From Candidatus Levyibacteriota bacterium (GTDB lineage Bacteria; Patescibacteriota; Microgenomatia; Levybacterales; UBA12049), in NCBI GenBank assembly GCA_016432345.1, contig CP066685.1, positions 112,236 to 176,235 of the forward strand: a DNA stretch of 64,000 bases, given 5' to 3'. The translations under genes and the position numbers were made by a program. The stretch's first letter is position 1, and each line of letters begins with the position of its first letter. Shown here one piece after another: positions 29,876-38,746 of this stretch. The notes beneath the pieces were generated by a model. The model was given only the letters and a program-made list of their open reading frames with translations, was not told where the DNA came from and made no database searches.

Positions 29876-30081
29876 TTTTTCCCTTTCCCGTTTGCTTTAA
29901 CAAGCAAAATACTTGTTATCCAACAAAACAGTGTTAGTCCTAATCCAGATGGTAGCACCCAAGGACTTATTCTGTCAATCCCGCCAAAAAGAAATGGTAC
30001 CATCGTTGCTGCAAAGAAAACCTGACCTGCATCTGCTACGATAGCTGAGAGAGTCTTGAGTTGTTCTTTTGTAAGTTTCAT
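29872..30081 (-). CDS. Small two-TM membrane protein (69 aa)
   Basis: MKLTKEQLKTLSAIVADAGQVFFA...; ATGA overlap with femAB-like stop. Confidence 0.65.
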   Translation of the reverse strand: MKLTKEQLKTLSAIVADAGQVFFAATMVPFLFGGIDRISPWVLPSGLGLTLFCWITSILLVKANGKGKK

Positions 30082-31055
30082 GTGAGGCGTTTTATTTTCA
30101 AATATATCCACCGGAGTTTGTCGGCGAGTTTGTATAATTGATACAACATAAGATTAATTACTAAATCAAAACTTCCAATAAATTCTACATGTTGTGGTCC
30201 GTAGCCTTGTTTAAACTTATGAAACCCAAACCACGGGTCTTTTGGGTCGGGGTTTGGGCCGAGCGCCCCCCACATATCAAACTTTTTTAAACCCATTTTT
30301 TTTCCATATTTTATTACTTCCCACATTAGAAGATTACTTGCCATAGTTTCGCGATGGGTACTACTTGATGCGCCATATGGATAGTAAAGTGTATCACCAT
30401 AAACAAATATAATCCAAGCAGCGAGAGCTTCGTTTTTATATTTTGCCAGAAAAAGATGGGCAATATCAGGATGTAACGTATGCCACATGAGTCGGTGATA
30501 GTTTTCGGTGTGGGTGTAAAAACCTTGACGTTGTGTAGTCTCGTGAGTAAGTTTAAGATATTCCTCAAAAGCCTCATCTGAATTATCTTCAACAATTTCC
30601 ACACCATGTTTTTGGGCGATTTTAATGTTGTAGCGGGTTTTCGGATGCATGTTTTTTAAGAGTTCATCCTCATTTTTTGTAAGATCAAGAATAAAAGTAT
30701 ATTTGGTGAAGAGAGGATGGAAAGAAGGACGAAGGCCGAGATTTTTCAACTTCACCTCGGAGGAGTCATGCCCTTCGATAGGCTCAGGGCTGCCACCATC
30801 CGAGGTGTTTGCGGGAACATTCGGTTCTAATTGGATAAAAATGCAGTGTTCTTCTTTACCTATTTTTGTAAGTTCGTCAACCATTTCTTTATCGGGCAAT
30901 GGCCCTTTTGGCAGATAGCCAATAGTCCACGGTGTATGAGGTATTCTATGAATAGTTATTTGCAATCCATTTTTTTGGACAACTTTAACGCCTGTTTTTT
31001 TTCGAAATTCACCCCATTCTTTCGACTGTAATGGATGTAAAGACACAGTTCTCAT
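30078..31055 (-). CDS. FemABX-family peptidoglycan bridge aminoacyltransferase
   Basis: HPLQS.EWG, PKGP, LDL, KTRYNIK.A.K.GV, YPYGAS, FK..YG. Confidence 0.92.
   Translation of the reverse strand: MRTVSLHPLQSKEWGEFRKKTGVKVVQKNGLQITIHRIPHTPWTIGYLPKGPLPDKEMVDELTKIGKEEHCIFIQLEPNVPANTSDGGSPEPIEGHDSSEVKLKNLGLRPSFHPLFTKYTFILDLTKNEDELLKNMHPKTRYNIKIAQKHGVEIVEDNSDEAFEEYLKLTHETTQRQGFYTHTENYHRLMWHTLHPDIAHLFLAKYKNEALAAWIIFVYGDTLYYPYGASSSTHRETMASNLLMWEVIKYGKKMGLKKFDMWGALGPNPDPKDPWFGFHKFKQGYGPQHVEFIGSFDLVINLMLYQLYKLADKLRWIYLKIKRLT
30753..30807. repeat. Nested palindromic (REP-like) element in frame within femAB-like gene
   Basis: CACCTCGGA...TCCGAGGTG terminal inverted repeat enclosing GCCCTTCGATAGGCTCAGGGC. 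Confidence 0.7.
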
Positions 31056-32875
31056 AGAAATTCCGGCACGTCATCACTTTTTACCAAAATATGCGCATGT
31101 TGATTAATAACTCTTTCGGGAAGATCCATAATAAAACGGGAAACGGAATTTGATGTTTTTTGTCCAAAGAAAATTCTGTGTCTTGCATAGGTTAAAAACA
31201 ATTTTTGTTTGGCTCTGGTAATGCCAACGTAGCACAGCCTTCGTTCTTCCTCAAGTTCGCTCCTATCCATGAGGCTTCTGCTATGTGGAAAAAGTCCTTC
31301 TTCCATTCCAACCATAAAGACAACAGGGAATTCCAGTCCTTTTGCCGCATGCAGAGTCATAAGTGTTACGGCATTTCGTTTTTCGTCTCCGATAGGTTTG
31401 TCCGGCATATACTCTTGTTCAACAAGGGCAACATTTTCTAAAAATTGTGACAGGTCTGGATATTCAATAGCCACACTCCTTAATTCTTTAATGTTTTCAA
31501 GTCGTTGGCGGTCGTCCTCGTCCTTTTCATCATACAAGGAAAGATAGTCTGTTTTTTGCAGTACTGTATCGAGTAGTTCGAGTGTGGGAACTGATTGTAT
31601 ATTAGTTATTGATTGTTGTAGAGACAAGAATTTTTCTAAACGGCCTTTACCGAGTTTTTCTATACGTTTGTACGATACCGTATCTTTTGGGTTGGCTAGT
31701 ATTCGTAAATACGAGAGGACATCTTTAATTTCTTTTCTTTCGTAAAATCTGGTTCCTCCAATGAGTGTATATGGAATTCCTTGGTGGAGAAAAACCTCCT
31801 CGATAGTACGGGATTGCGCATTAGTGCGGTATAAAACGGCCATATCGGTAAGCTCTCTTTTCATAAAAGATATTTGATTGACAATAAATTCAGCTTCCTG
31901 GTATCCGTTTGTCGCTTCATAAATACTTATGTCATCGCCGTTTGGATTTTGGGTCCACAGTTTTAGTATGGGATGACTTTTATTTTTACTAATTACAGAG
32001 GATGCTGCATCGAGGATTTTTTGGGTAGAGCGGTAATTTTGAGAAAGCGGAAACGTTTTAACATTCGAAAAATCGTTTTTAAAACGGGTAATATTTTGAA
32101 AATCTGCGCCACGCCACGAGTAAATGCTTTGGGAAAAATCTCCTACGACACAAATGTTATTCCATTTTTTGGCGAGTAGCTTAGTTAGTTGATATTGGGC
32201 AAAATTCGTATCTTGATATTCGTCAACCAAAATATACTGGAAGCGATTTTGATATTTTTCTAAAACTTCTGGAGCTTTTTCAAAAAGTTCAAGGACACAA
32301 AGCAGTAGGTCATCAAAATCAAGAGCGTCATTTTCTTTTAATATTTTTTGGTATTCTCGATATACATTTGCTGTAACTTCTTGAAAGTGGCCCCTGGCAT
32401 ATTTTGGGTATTCATCTGCGCGAATTAGCTGGTTTTTTGCCTGGGAAATTGTTGCAAGTATCGAGCCGGGTTTATACTCTTTTGGAGAAAGATTAAGTTT
32501 TTTCATAACCTCTTTGATTGCATCTAACTGGTCTTGGCTGTCGTAGATTATAAATTGAGAAGAAATGCCAATATGCTTGCCGTCAATCCGCATGATTTTT
32601 GCACATAAGGCATGGAAGGTAGTGACAAGTGGCTGGTCTTTTTCTTGAAACATTTTGCGAATTCGCTCCTTCATCTCGTTTGCAGCTTTATTCGTAAATG
32701 TTACAGCGACTATATGAAGTGGATCGATACCTTTTTCGATAAGATGCAAAATTCTATAGGTAATTACCCGTGTTTTTCCGCTTCCAGCTCCAGCTAAGAC
32801 GATAAGTGGTCCATCTGTTTGTAGAACAGCGTTTTGTTGTTCTATATTTAGTCCATTGAGAAAATCTTTCTGCAT
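31052..32875 (-). CDS. pcrA: UvrD/PcrA DNA helicase
   Basis: AGAGSGKT, TFTNKAA, DEYQD, QNYRST, TLHAAKGLEF, YVGITRA; start ATG 32875. Confidence 0.95.
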   Translation of the reverse strand: MQKDFLNGLNIEQQNAVLQTDGPLIVLAGAGSGKTRVITYRILHLIEKGIDPLHIVAVTFTNKAANEMKERIRKMFQEKDQPLVTTFHALCAKIMRIDGKHIGISSQFIIYDSQDQLDAIKEVMKKLNLSPKEYKPGSILATISQAKNQLIRADEYPKYARGHFQEVTANVYREYQKILKENDALDFDDLLLCVLELFEKAPEVLEKYQNRFQYILVDEYQDTNFAQYQLTKLLAKKWNNICVVGDFSQSIYSWRGADFQNITRFKNDFSNVKTFPLSQNYRSTQKILDAASSVISKNKSHPILKLWTQNPNGDDISIYEATNGYQEAEFIVNQISFMKRELTDMAVLYRTNAQSRTIEEVFLHQGIPYTLIGGTRFYERKEIKDVLSYLRILANPKDTVSYKRIEKLGKGRLEKFLSLQQSITNIQSVPTLELLDTVLQKTDYLSLYDEKDEDDRQRLENIKELRSVAIEYPDLSQFLENVALVEQEYMPDKPIGDEKRNAVTLMTLHAAKGLEFPVVFMVGMEEGLFPHSRSLMDRSELEEERRLCYVGITRAKQKLFLTYARHRIFFGQKTSNSVSRFIMDLPERVINQHAHILVKSDDVPEFL

Positions 32876-32891
32876 GTCGTATAATGATACC

Positions 32892-33554
32892 ATGAAGAAG
32901 ATATTAATTGTTGGAAATTGGAAATCAAACAAGACAGAGATTGAAACCAATGAATGGTTTCAGAGATTTACGATTTACGATTTACGATTTACGAATAAAG
33001 AAATCATCATTTGTCCGCCGTTTACATTATTATCAAATCTTAAATCATCAATCTTAAATCATAAATCTTTTATTAAGTTGGGTGCGCAGGATATTTCGCC
33101 GTTTGATGAAGGTGCTTATACGGGCGAGGTAAACGGGAAGCAAATTAAAGAGTTTGCCGACTATGTGATTATCGGCCATTCAGAACGAAGACGGTATTTT
33201 GGGGAAAGCGAAGATATAATTGTTAAAAAAATAGAAATGGCGCAAAAATACGAATTAACTCCAATAGTCTGTGTATCAGATATTAAGCAAGCTGAAAACT
33301 ATACGCGCTATACGCTAATTATCGCTTATGAACCGTTGTTTGCAATTGGTTCGGGAAACCCCGATACGCCGGAGAATGCAAATGAGATGGCCAAGAAAAT
33401 AAAAGAAATAATTGATGCTCCTGTTATCTATGGAGGGAGTGTAACCTCGCAAAATGTAAAGAGTTTTACTCAAATGCCAAGTATTGATGGCGTATTGCCT
33501 GGAAAGGCAAGTCTTGATGCTAACGAATTTGCAAGCATTATTGAGAAAGCATAA
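32892..33554 (+). CDS. tpiA: Triosephosphate isomerase
   Basis: GNWK, GAYTGE, IGHSERR, AYEP..AIG, YGGSV; start ATG 32892. Confidence 0.96.
   Translation: MKKILIVGNWKSNKTEIETNEWFQRFTIYDLRFTNKEIIICPPFTLLSNLKSSILNHKSFIKLGAQDISPFDEGAYTGEVNGKQIKEFADYVIIGHSERRRYFGESEDIIVKKIEMAQKYELTPIVCVSDIKQAENYTRYTLIIAYEPLFAIGSGNPDTPENANEMAKKIKEIIDAPVIYGGSVTSQNVKSFTQMPSIDGVLPGKASLDANEFASIIEKA
32965..33069. repeat. Paired heptamer arrays within tpiA
   Basis: (GATTTAC)x4 at 32965-32992 and aaatctt aaatcat caatctt aaatcat aaatctt at 33035-33069. Confidence 0.9.
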
Positions 33555-34638
33555 AAAAGCTTTTATTGTTTTTCTCATCCTTATTTTCTTCGCAGTTTTT
33601 GGAAGACTGTTTTTTGAGGCGATAAGATGGTCGCCGGTATTTGTTGACTTCTTTTTCAAGCGAGAGATCGAGCTTAAAAAAACTGATAAGAGAGTAAATA
33701 TACTCATTTTAGGGATTGGGGGGGAAAGGCATGATGGACCGCTTTTAACAGATACAATTATTTATGCGGCAGTAGATCCAATAAAACTAAAAACAACACT
33801 TGTTTCTTTGCCCAGAGATCTTTGGGCGCCAGAGCTTAAAGCTAAAATTAATACAGCATATGCATACGGTGAAGATAAGCAAAAAGGCGGAGGAATAATT
33901 TTAGCCAAGGCAGTGGTGGAAAAAATACTTGGTCAGCCTGTTAATTATGTTATTAGAGTTGATTTCCGTGGTTTTATTCAAGCTATAGATTTACTTGGCG
34001 GAATTGATGTGGATGTAGAGCAAAGTTTTGATGACTACGAATACCCAATTGTTGGTAAAGAGGTAGATACATGTGGTTTTGAAGGGGAAGAGTTTGAGAA
34101 GCGGGCAACTGCATCAGCGCAGCTTGAGGCATTTCCATGTAGATATCAGCATGTAAGTTTTGAAAAAGGTTTACAGCATATGGATGGGGAGACTGCGCTT
34201 TTCTTTGTTAGATCTCGGCATGCAAAAGGAGACGAAGGTACAGATATGGCTCGCTCAAAACGGCAGGAAAAAGTAATTACGGCATTTAAAGAAAAAGTGT
34301 TTTCTACAGGAACACTGCTTAATCCTATGAAGGTACTTAGTCTTTATGATACTTTCCAGGCAAGTATAGATACCGATATTCAAAAAAGTGAATATGATGA
34401 TTTTTTAAGACTGTTTCGTAAAATGCAGTATGCAAAAACAGAAAGTATAGTATTTTTCTATGCAACAGAGAATGAAAAGGAAATACAGACGCTTTTGATA
34501 AATCCTAAACCAAGCGAGGAATATAATAATCAGTGGGTAATTATTCCAAGAGCTGGAAATGGCAATTTTTCCGAGATACAAAATTATGCTTCGTGCGTTC
34601 TTATAAAAGACTTAAAAGATGCATGTCCAATAAGGTAG
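33517..34638 (+). CDS. LCP (LytR-CpsA-Psr) family glycopolymer transferase (start uncertain)
   Basis: NILILG, TDTI, SLPRDL, KINTAY, LGGIDV, FVRSRH, RSKRQ. Confidence 0.92.
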   Translation: MLTNLQALLRKHKKAFIVFLILIFFAVFGRLFFEAIRWSPVFVDFFFKREIELKKTDKRVNILILGIGGERHDGPLLTDTIIYAAVDPIKLKTTLVSLPRDLWAPELKAKINTAYAYGEDKQKGGGIILAKAVVEKILGQPVNYVIRVDFRGFIQAIDLLGGIDVDVEQSFDDYEYPIVGKEVDTCGFEGEEFEKRATASAQLEAFPCRYQHVSFEKGLQHMDGETALFFVRSRHAKGDEGTDMARSKRQEKVITAFKEKVFSTGTLLNPMKVLSLYDTFQASIDTDIQKSEYDDFLRLFRKMQYAKTESIVFFYATENEKEIQTLLINPKPSEEYNNQWVIIPRAGNGNFSEIQNYASCVLIKDLKDACPIR

Positions 34639-34643
34639 TATTT

Positions 34644-36555
34644 TTATTGAGAGTTTTGGAGGAAAAATTTGTAATCTTGTTCATTAACTAATCCATCTTT
34701 ATTAAAATCAACAGCATTTTTATCCAAACACGATGATGTATTTGCTTTTTCTTTGAAACAGTTAGTAAATATTTGGTATATACTTTGTGATTTTAAGTCA
34801 CTGTTATTGGCGGCATTTAAACACGATGCTTTTATATTAGCGTTAATAAAAGGGAATTGGTTGCCAGTTTTGCTTAAAAGGTTAAAAACTTTTATGTCTG
34901 TAGGATTTGGATTATTTTTTTGATACATCTCCCATTTAACCCATCCCCATTCCTTGCTATAATAAAAATTTTCAAAATTATCTCCGTAGTCATATTTTAA
35001 AACAATAATATCCTGAATTCCTAAATCTCCACCAAGGTTATATGCAGGATCATGTTTTTCCAATGTAATTTTATAGGAAAAAGGTCCAGAGTTTATAATT
35101 GTGTCTAGTGTTTCTCCTTTTGTATTTACTGCTTTACTACTTGATCTCTTGATGCATTTTAAATTAGATAGATTTTGGTCGTATAACTGAAGCAGATTAC
35201 TATTTCCAACTTCGATGGTTTCTCCAACGTTCATCTGTCTTTTCATCCATCTTCCGTCGGAAAAAGTCATTGACGGAACTGCAAGAAGAGTTCGATCTTC
35301 TTTTAGATAGATATATTGGTCATCCCATGTGTGGAGTTCATAAAAGAGTGGACTATCGCCTTTGACGTAGTAAGAAATTCTTTTGTTGGTATCAATTGTT
35401 TGACTTATAAGATGATTACCATTTAGATTTTCGTTAGGATGATGTGTGAGAAAATACGATAACGTATCTATTTTTGTTTGTGGTGGTGTAGATTGATTTG
35501 TGTTTGTTGTCGGAGCAATAAGAAATACAGTAGCTGTTAAGGTTTTGTATGTTATTTGATCAAATAATGTTATTTGTACCATTCTTTGTGCTTGTGATTC
35601 ATTATCTTTTAACTCATTTAGCCTCCATGGAATAGATTGAGAGAGAGCTTGAATTAAGTTATCTGTAATTTCTAGTGGTTGGTTTCCTTTTATGCCATTG
35701 TCAATATTTTCAATGCGTATCTTTTTTAAGATATGCGTTGTTGGCGCTTTTGATGATACTGGTTGAATTGGTTGTTGTGTTGCAGGAATATCTGGTTTAC
35801 TACTGCCAATACCGATAAACTGTTGCTTAGGTAATTGTGTCGGTAGTGGTTGTTGTGTGGGAATATTTGTTGATGTTGGTTGTATACAGTGTTGTCGGTA
35901 GAGTTTTGGTTCGTATGTTTTTGCACAAGCACACCATATAGGAGATCCTGCAGAATCAGGGCCAAAATCTGTTCCTGGAGTGCCTAAGAAACTTCCATCT
36001 GTCGCACAACGGGCACACAAGTTTGGATAAAACTTGTTTGATTCACATATAGGTTTTGGTGTTGGAATTGCTGTTGGTTGTTGTGGGGGGGGGTATATTA
36101 CAAGAGCCAACACAGAGTCCGCCGCGGCACCAAGTAAAGCCTTCTGGACACCATGATTGGCAATTTCCTACATCGCCATTACATTGTTCTTGTGTACAGG
36201 TTTTTCCGTTTGGAGCAGCACAGATACCAGATGGTAATGGTTCTTGGGCATAGGCATTTTTGATAATATTGTTGTTTCTGCTTTGGGTAGGAAGTTGCCA
36301 GGTAGAAGGGAGAGCTATTTGAAGATACACAACAGGGTCTGATGTTTGAGAAATTGGAATTCCAGTTGCATCAACAATTTTAATAACATCGTTACTTGAG
36401 GCTTTTTGTGTGAGGTTTTGGACTGTGAGAGCTGCGCCGATGGTGACGGGAAGAATAAAGGTAATGGCAAGGATAATAAAGAGACGCTTTTTGTCTGGGT
36501 TTGCTTCCAGAAAAAACTTGAAACGAGCAATATGCTGTTTTATTGTTTGATACAT
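34644..36555 (-). pseudogene. Surface protein with C-terminal dockerin-like motif, frameshifted at a C9 tract (ORFs 36043..36591 and 34644..36113)
   Basis: G9 at 36085-36093; removing one base joins NIPPP to QQPTAIPTP; C-terminal DFNKDGLVNEQDY. Confidence 0.8.
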
Positions 36556-36587
36556 TATTTTTACAGTAGCATCGGGAGTATATAATG

Positions 36588-38738
36588 TCAATAGACTTGG
36601 TAGATTTTTGTCTGATTATTTTGGTAAATAATTTTTCCTAAACGATCAAATTTTTTGATATTAAGATTTGGGTATTTTTGGCGTTCTAGGTCGCCTATAA
36701 ATATGAGGGAAATCTTGTATTTATCCATGAGTTGTTTTGTGCTGGTAAGATCACTTGTTTCATAAAGCATTTTTACTTCGTTAATTCGGGGTGCTGGAAT
36801 ATCGTATGTTCCCCGCCACAGCCATTCATGGACTGTCCATCCCAAAACCGTTGGCAAACCGGTATTGCTGGAAACTCGTGCATAGTCGGTGTACGAATCC
36901 CCTTGTGCCTCGAGGATTACCGGTTGTCCTTTTATATTTTTATTTAACCACCCAATTGCATTGTAGTCAGTCGGATATTGTTTTTTAAGGTATGCTGTTC
37001 CGTCAAGACCATAATATGTTTGCAAATTACCATAGTAAGAATTGATAGCAAAGTAAGGGTAAATAGATACGAGCAATACAAGAATTGTAGCAAGTAGTAT
37101 ATAGCATGTAGTACGTACATAATACCTAATACTTAATACTATCCGAAGGATAATATATCCCGAGGAGAGAGAAAGCATCATAAAGGATTGATAGACAAGT
37201 TTAAACATGGTATTGGCTCTGTAGTGGGCAGGGTAGATATCTTTTACATAGATAAATTCGGGGAGGATGATCAAAACAGCGGATAGGAGAATTAAGAGTA
37301 AGACGAAAACATCACTAGCGTATAGCGTATAGTGTTTAGTTTTTAGTTTTTTCCAGATAAAAATAAGAAAGGATACTGCCCAGAAGCAAAAAAAACCATA
37401 CAATATAAGCATCTGCCACCAGGGCGAGTGTTGACAGTGGTCTTTCTCAAATAAAAAAGGTCCAATTTTTCCAATATCCGTTAAAAAATTGGGCGCACAT
37501 AAGACGCCTATGCCGGAAACAAATGGTTTGAAATGTAACGAAAATGGAAGGGAAAAAAGAAAAAAACCAGCCAGGATTAGCGTATAGCGTATAGCGTATA
37601 GCGTATAGTTTTTGGAGCGATGAGCAAGATAGAAAAAGATAAACAATGTTAGTAGTCCATAAATAATGCCATCCCAGGCATTGGTCATATACATGATTGC
37701 TAATAAGAAGCTTATTAGCAAAATTTGAAATTTGAAATTTGAAATTTGAAATGAATTTTTATTTTTATAATTTTTAATTTGATTGAAAATTGAAAATTGA
37801 AAATTGAAAATTAAAGAGAGTAGTACTGCTATTGTCATCAACACAAACGGAATGTCTATAACATGACCGTGGAGATCGGAAACAACAAATGAGTACATGG
37901 GGAATTCGTGAATAGTGTTGTGAATAAAACGGGTAGCATTTGGGTACCAGTAGTTATTTGGGAGAGTATTTGGAGAAAAAGCAAGTTGCCAGACAGGAAC
38001 GGGATTTTCGTTGGTATAAGGTTTGAAAAAGGTGTAGATAGTATGTAAATTTCCAGCCATAGATACTAGAAATGCTGTCAGTACCCCTCCAATTATTAAA
38101 ACTTTTAAGTTTTGAATTTTGAGTTGATTGATGAGATTTGCACCGATAGAAAAAGAGCAGGTAAAAGTAAAAGCAAAAATTGTTGCCAGCATAAGATTGT
38201 AGGTCATGTTTGATGGAAGCATTGATGCTTTTGTCAAAACAGCAGTTACCAAATGACCAAAGTAATAGTAGTTGATCGAGAAGGGAGTAAACCACATATC
38301 TTTTGGTGGGAAATAATCGGCTCGAAGAATTGAATTAATAAATCCAAAATCCATGTATTTTTCCAGTCCGTGAATATCTGGTTGAAAACCACGAATGTAT
38401 GACCAAAATACTATTCCTGCAAAGAAAAGCAGTTCTTCAAAAAGAAAAATACGTATTGTTGACTTAGTATTCTTTTTTAGAATAAATGTGTTTATTGCAA
38501 CAAATAAACTTGCTATTAAGAAGATAGTTGAGAATGTAAAAGGAAGAATTTTTAACGTTCCTAAAACAAAAACAGCGTAGCTTACAAAAGCCATGCCCAG
38601 TATTTTAGAGAAGATATATCCTTTATCAAAAAAGTTTGAAAATATCAGGGTGGTTATCGGGAGGAAAATAATCCCTATTAAAAAAAATACAAACCACCAC
38701 TGGATAACAAAATAAAAATCAGATAAAGACATATGCAC
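36588..38738 (-). CDS. DUF2298 (YYY-motif) GT-C-like membrane protein
   Basis: GLEKYMDFGF, PPKDMW, INYYYFGH, EFP.YSF..SDLHGH, R.NTMFK, GW..HE..WR. Confidence 0.88.
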   Translation of the reverse strand: MHMSLSDFYFVIQWWFVFFLIGIIFLPITTLIFSNFFDKGYIFSKILGMAFVSYAVFVLGTLKILPFTFSTIFLIASLFVAINTFILKKNTKSTIRIFLFEELLFFAGIVFWSYIRGFQPDIHGLEKYMDFGFINSILRADYFPPKDMWFTPFSINYYYFGHLVTAVLTKASMLPSNMTYNLMLATIFAFTFTCSFSIGANLINQLKIQNLKVLIIGGVLTAFLVSMAGNLHTIYTFFKPYTNENPVPVWQLAFSPNTLPNNYWYPNATRFIHNTIHEFPMYSFVVSDLHGHVIDIPFVLMTIAVLLSLIFNFQFSIFNQIKNYKNKNSFQISNFKFQILLISFLLAIMYMTNAWDGIIYGLLTLFIFFYLAHRSKNYTLYAIRYTLILAGFFLFSLPFSLHFKPFVSGIGVLCAPNFLTDIGKIGPFLFEKDHCQHSPWWQMLILYGFFCFWAVSFLIFIWKKLKTKHYTLYASDVFVLLLILLSAVLIILPEFIYVKDIYPAHYRANTMFKLVYQSFMMLSLSSGYIILRIVLSIRYYVRTTCYILLATILVLLVSIYPYFAINSYYGNLQTYYGLDGTAYLKKQYPTDYNAIGWLNKNIKGQPVILEAQGDSYTDYARVSSNTGLPTVLGWTVHEWLWRGTYDIPAPRINEVKMLYETSDLTSTKQLMDKYKISLIFIGDLERQKYPNLNIKKFDRLGKIIYQNNQTKIYQVY
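37578..37608. repeat. (TAGCGTA)x4 in-frame heptamer array
   Basis: Perfect tandem; encodes YTLYAIRYTL on minus strand. Confidence 0.92.
37721..37812. repeat. (AAATTTG)x4 ... (TTGAAAA)x4 in-frame heptamer arrays
   Basis: Encodes NFQFSIFNQIKNYKNKNSFQISNFKFQI. Confidence 0.92.
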
Positions 38739-38746
38739 TTATACTT

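Noticed and set aside
37578..37812. Repeats as a CRISPR array
   Set aside because: Units are 7 bp, contiguous, with no unique spacers and no cas genes
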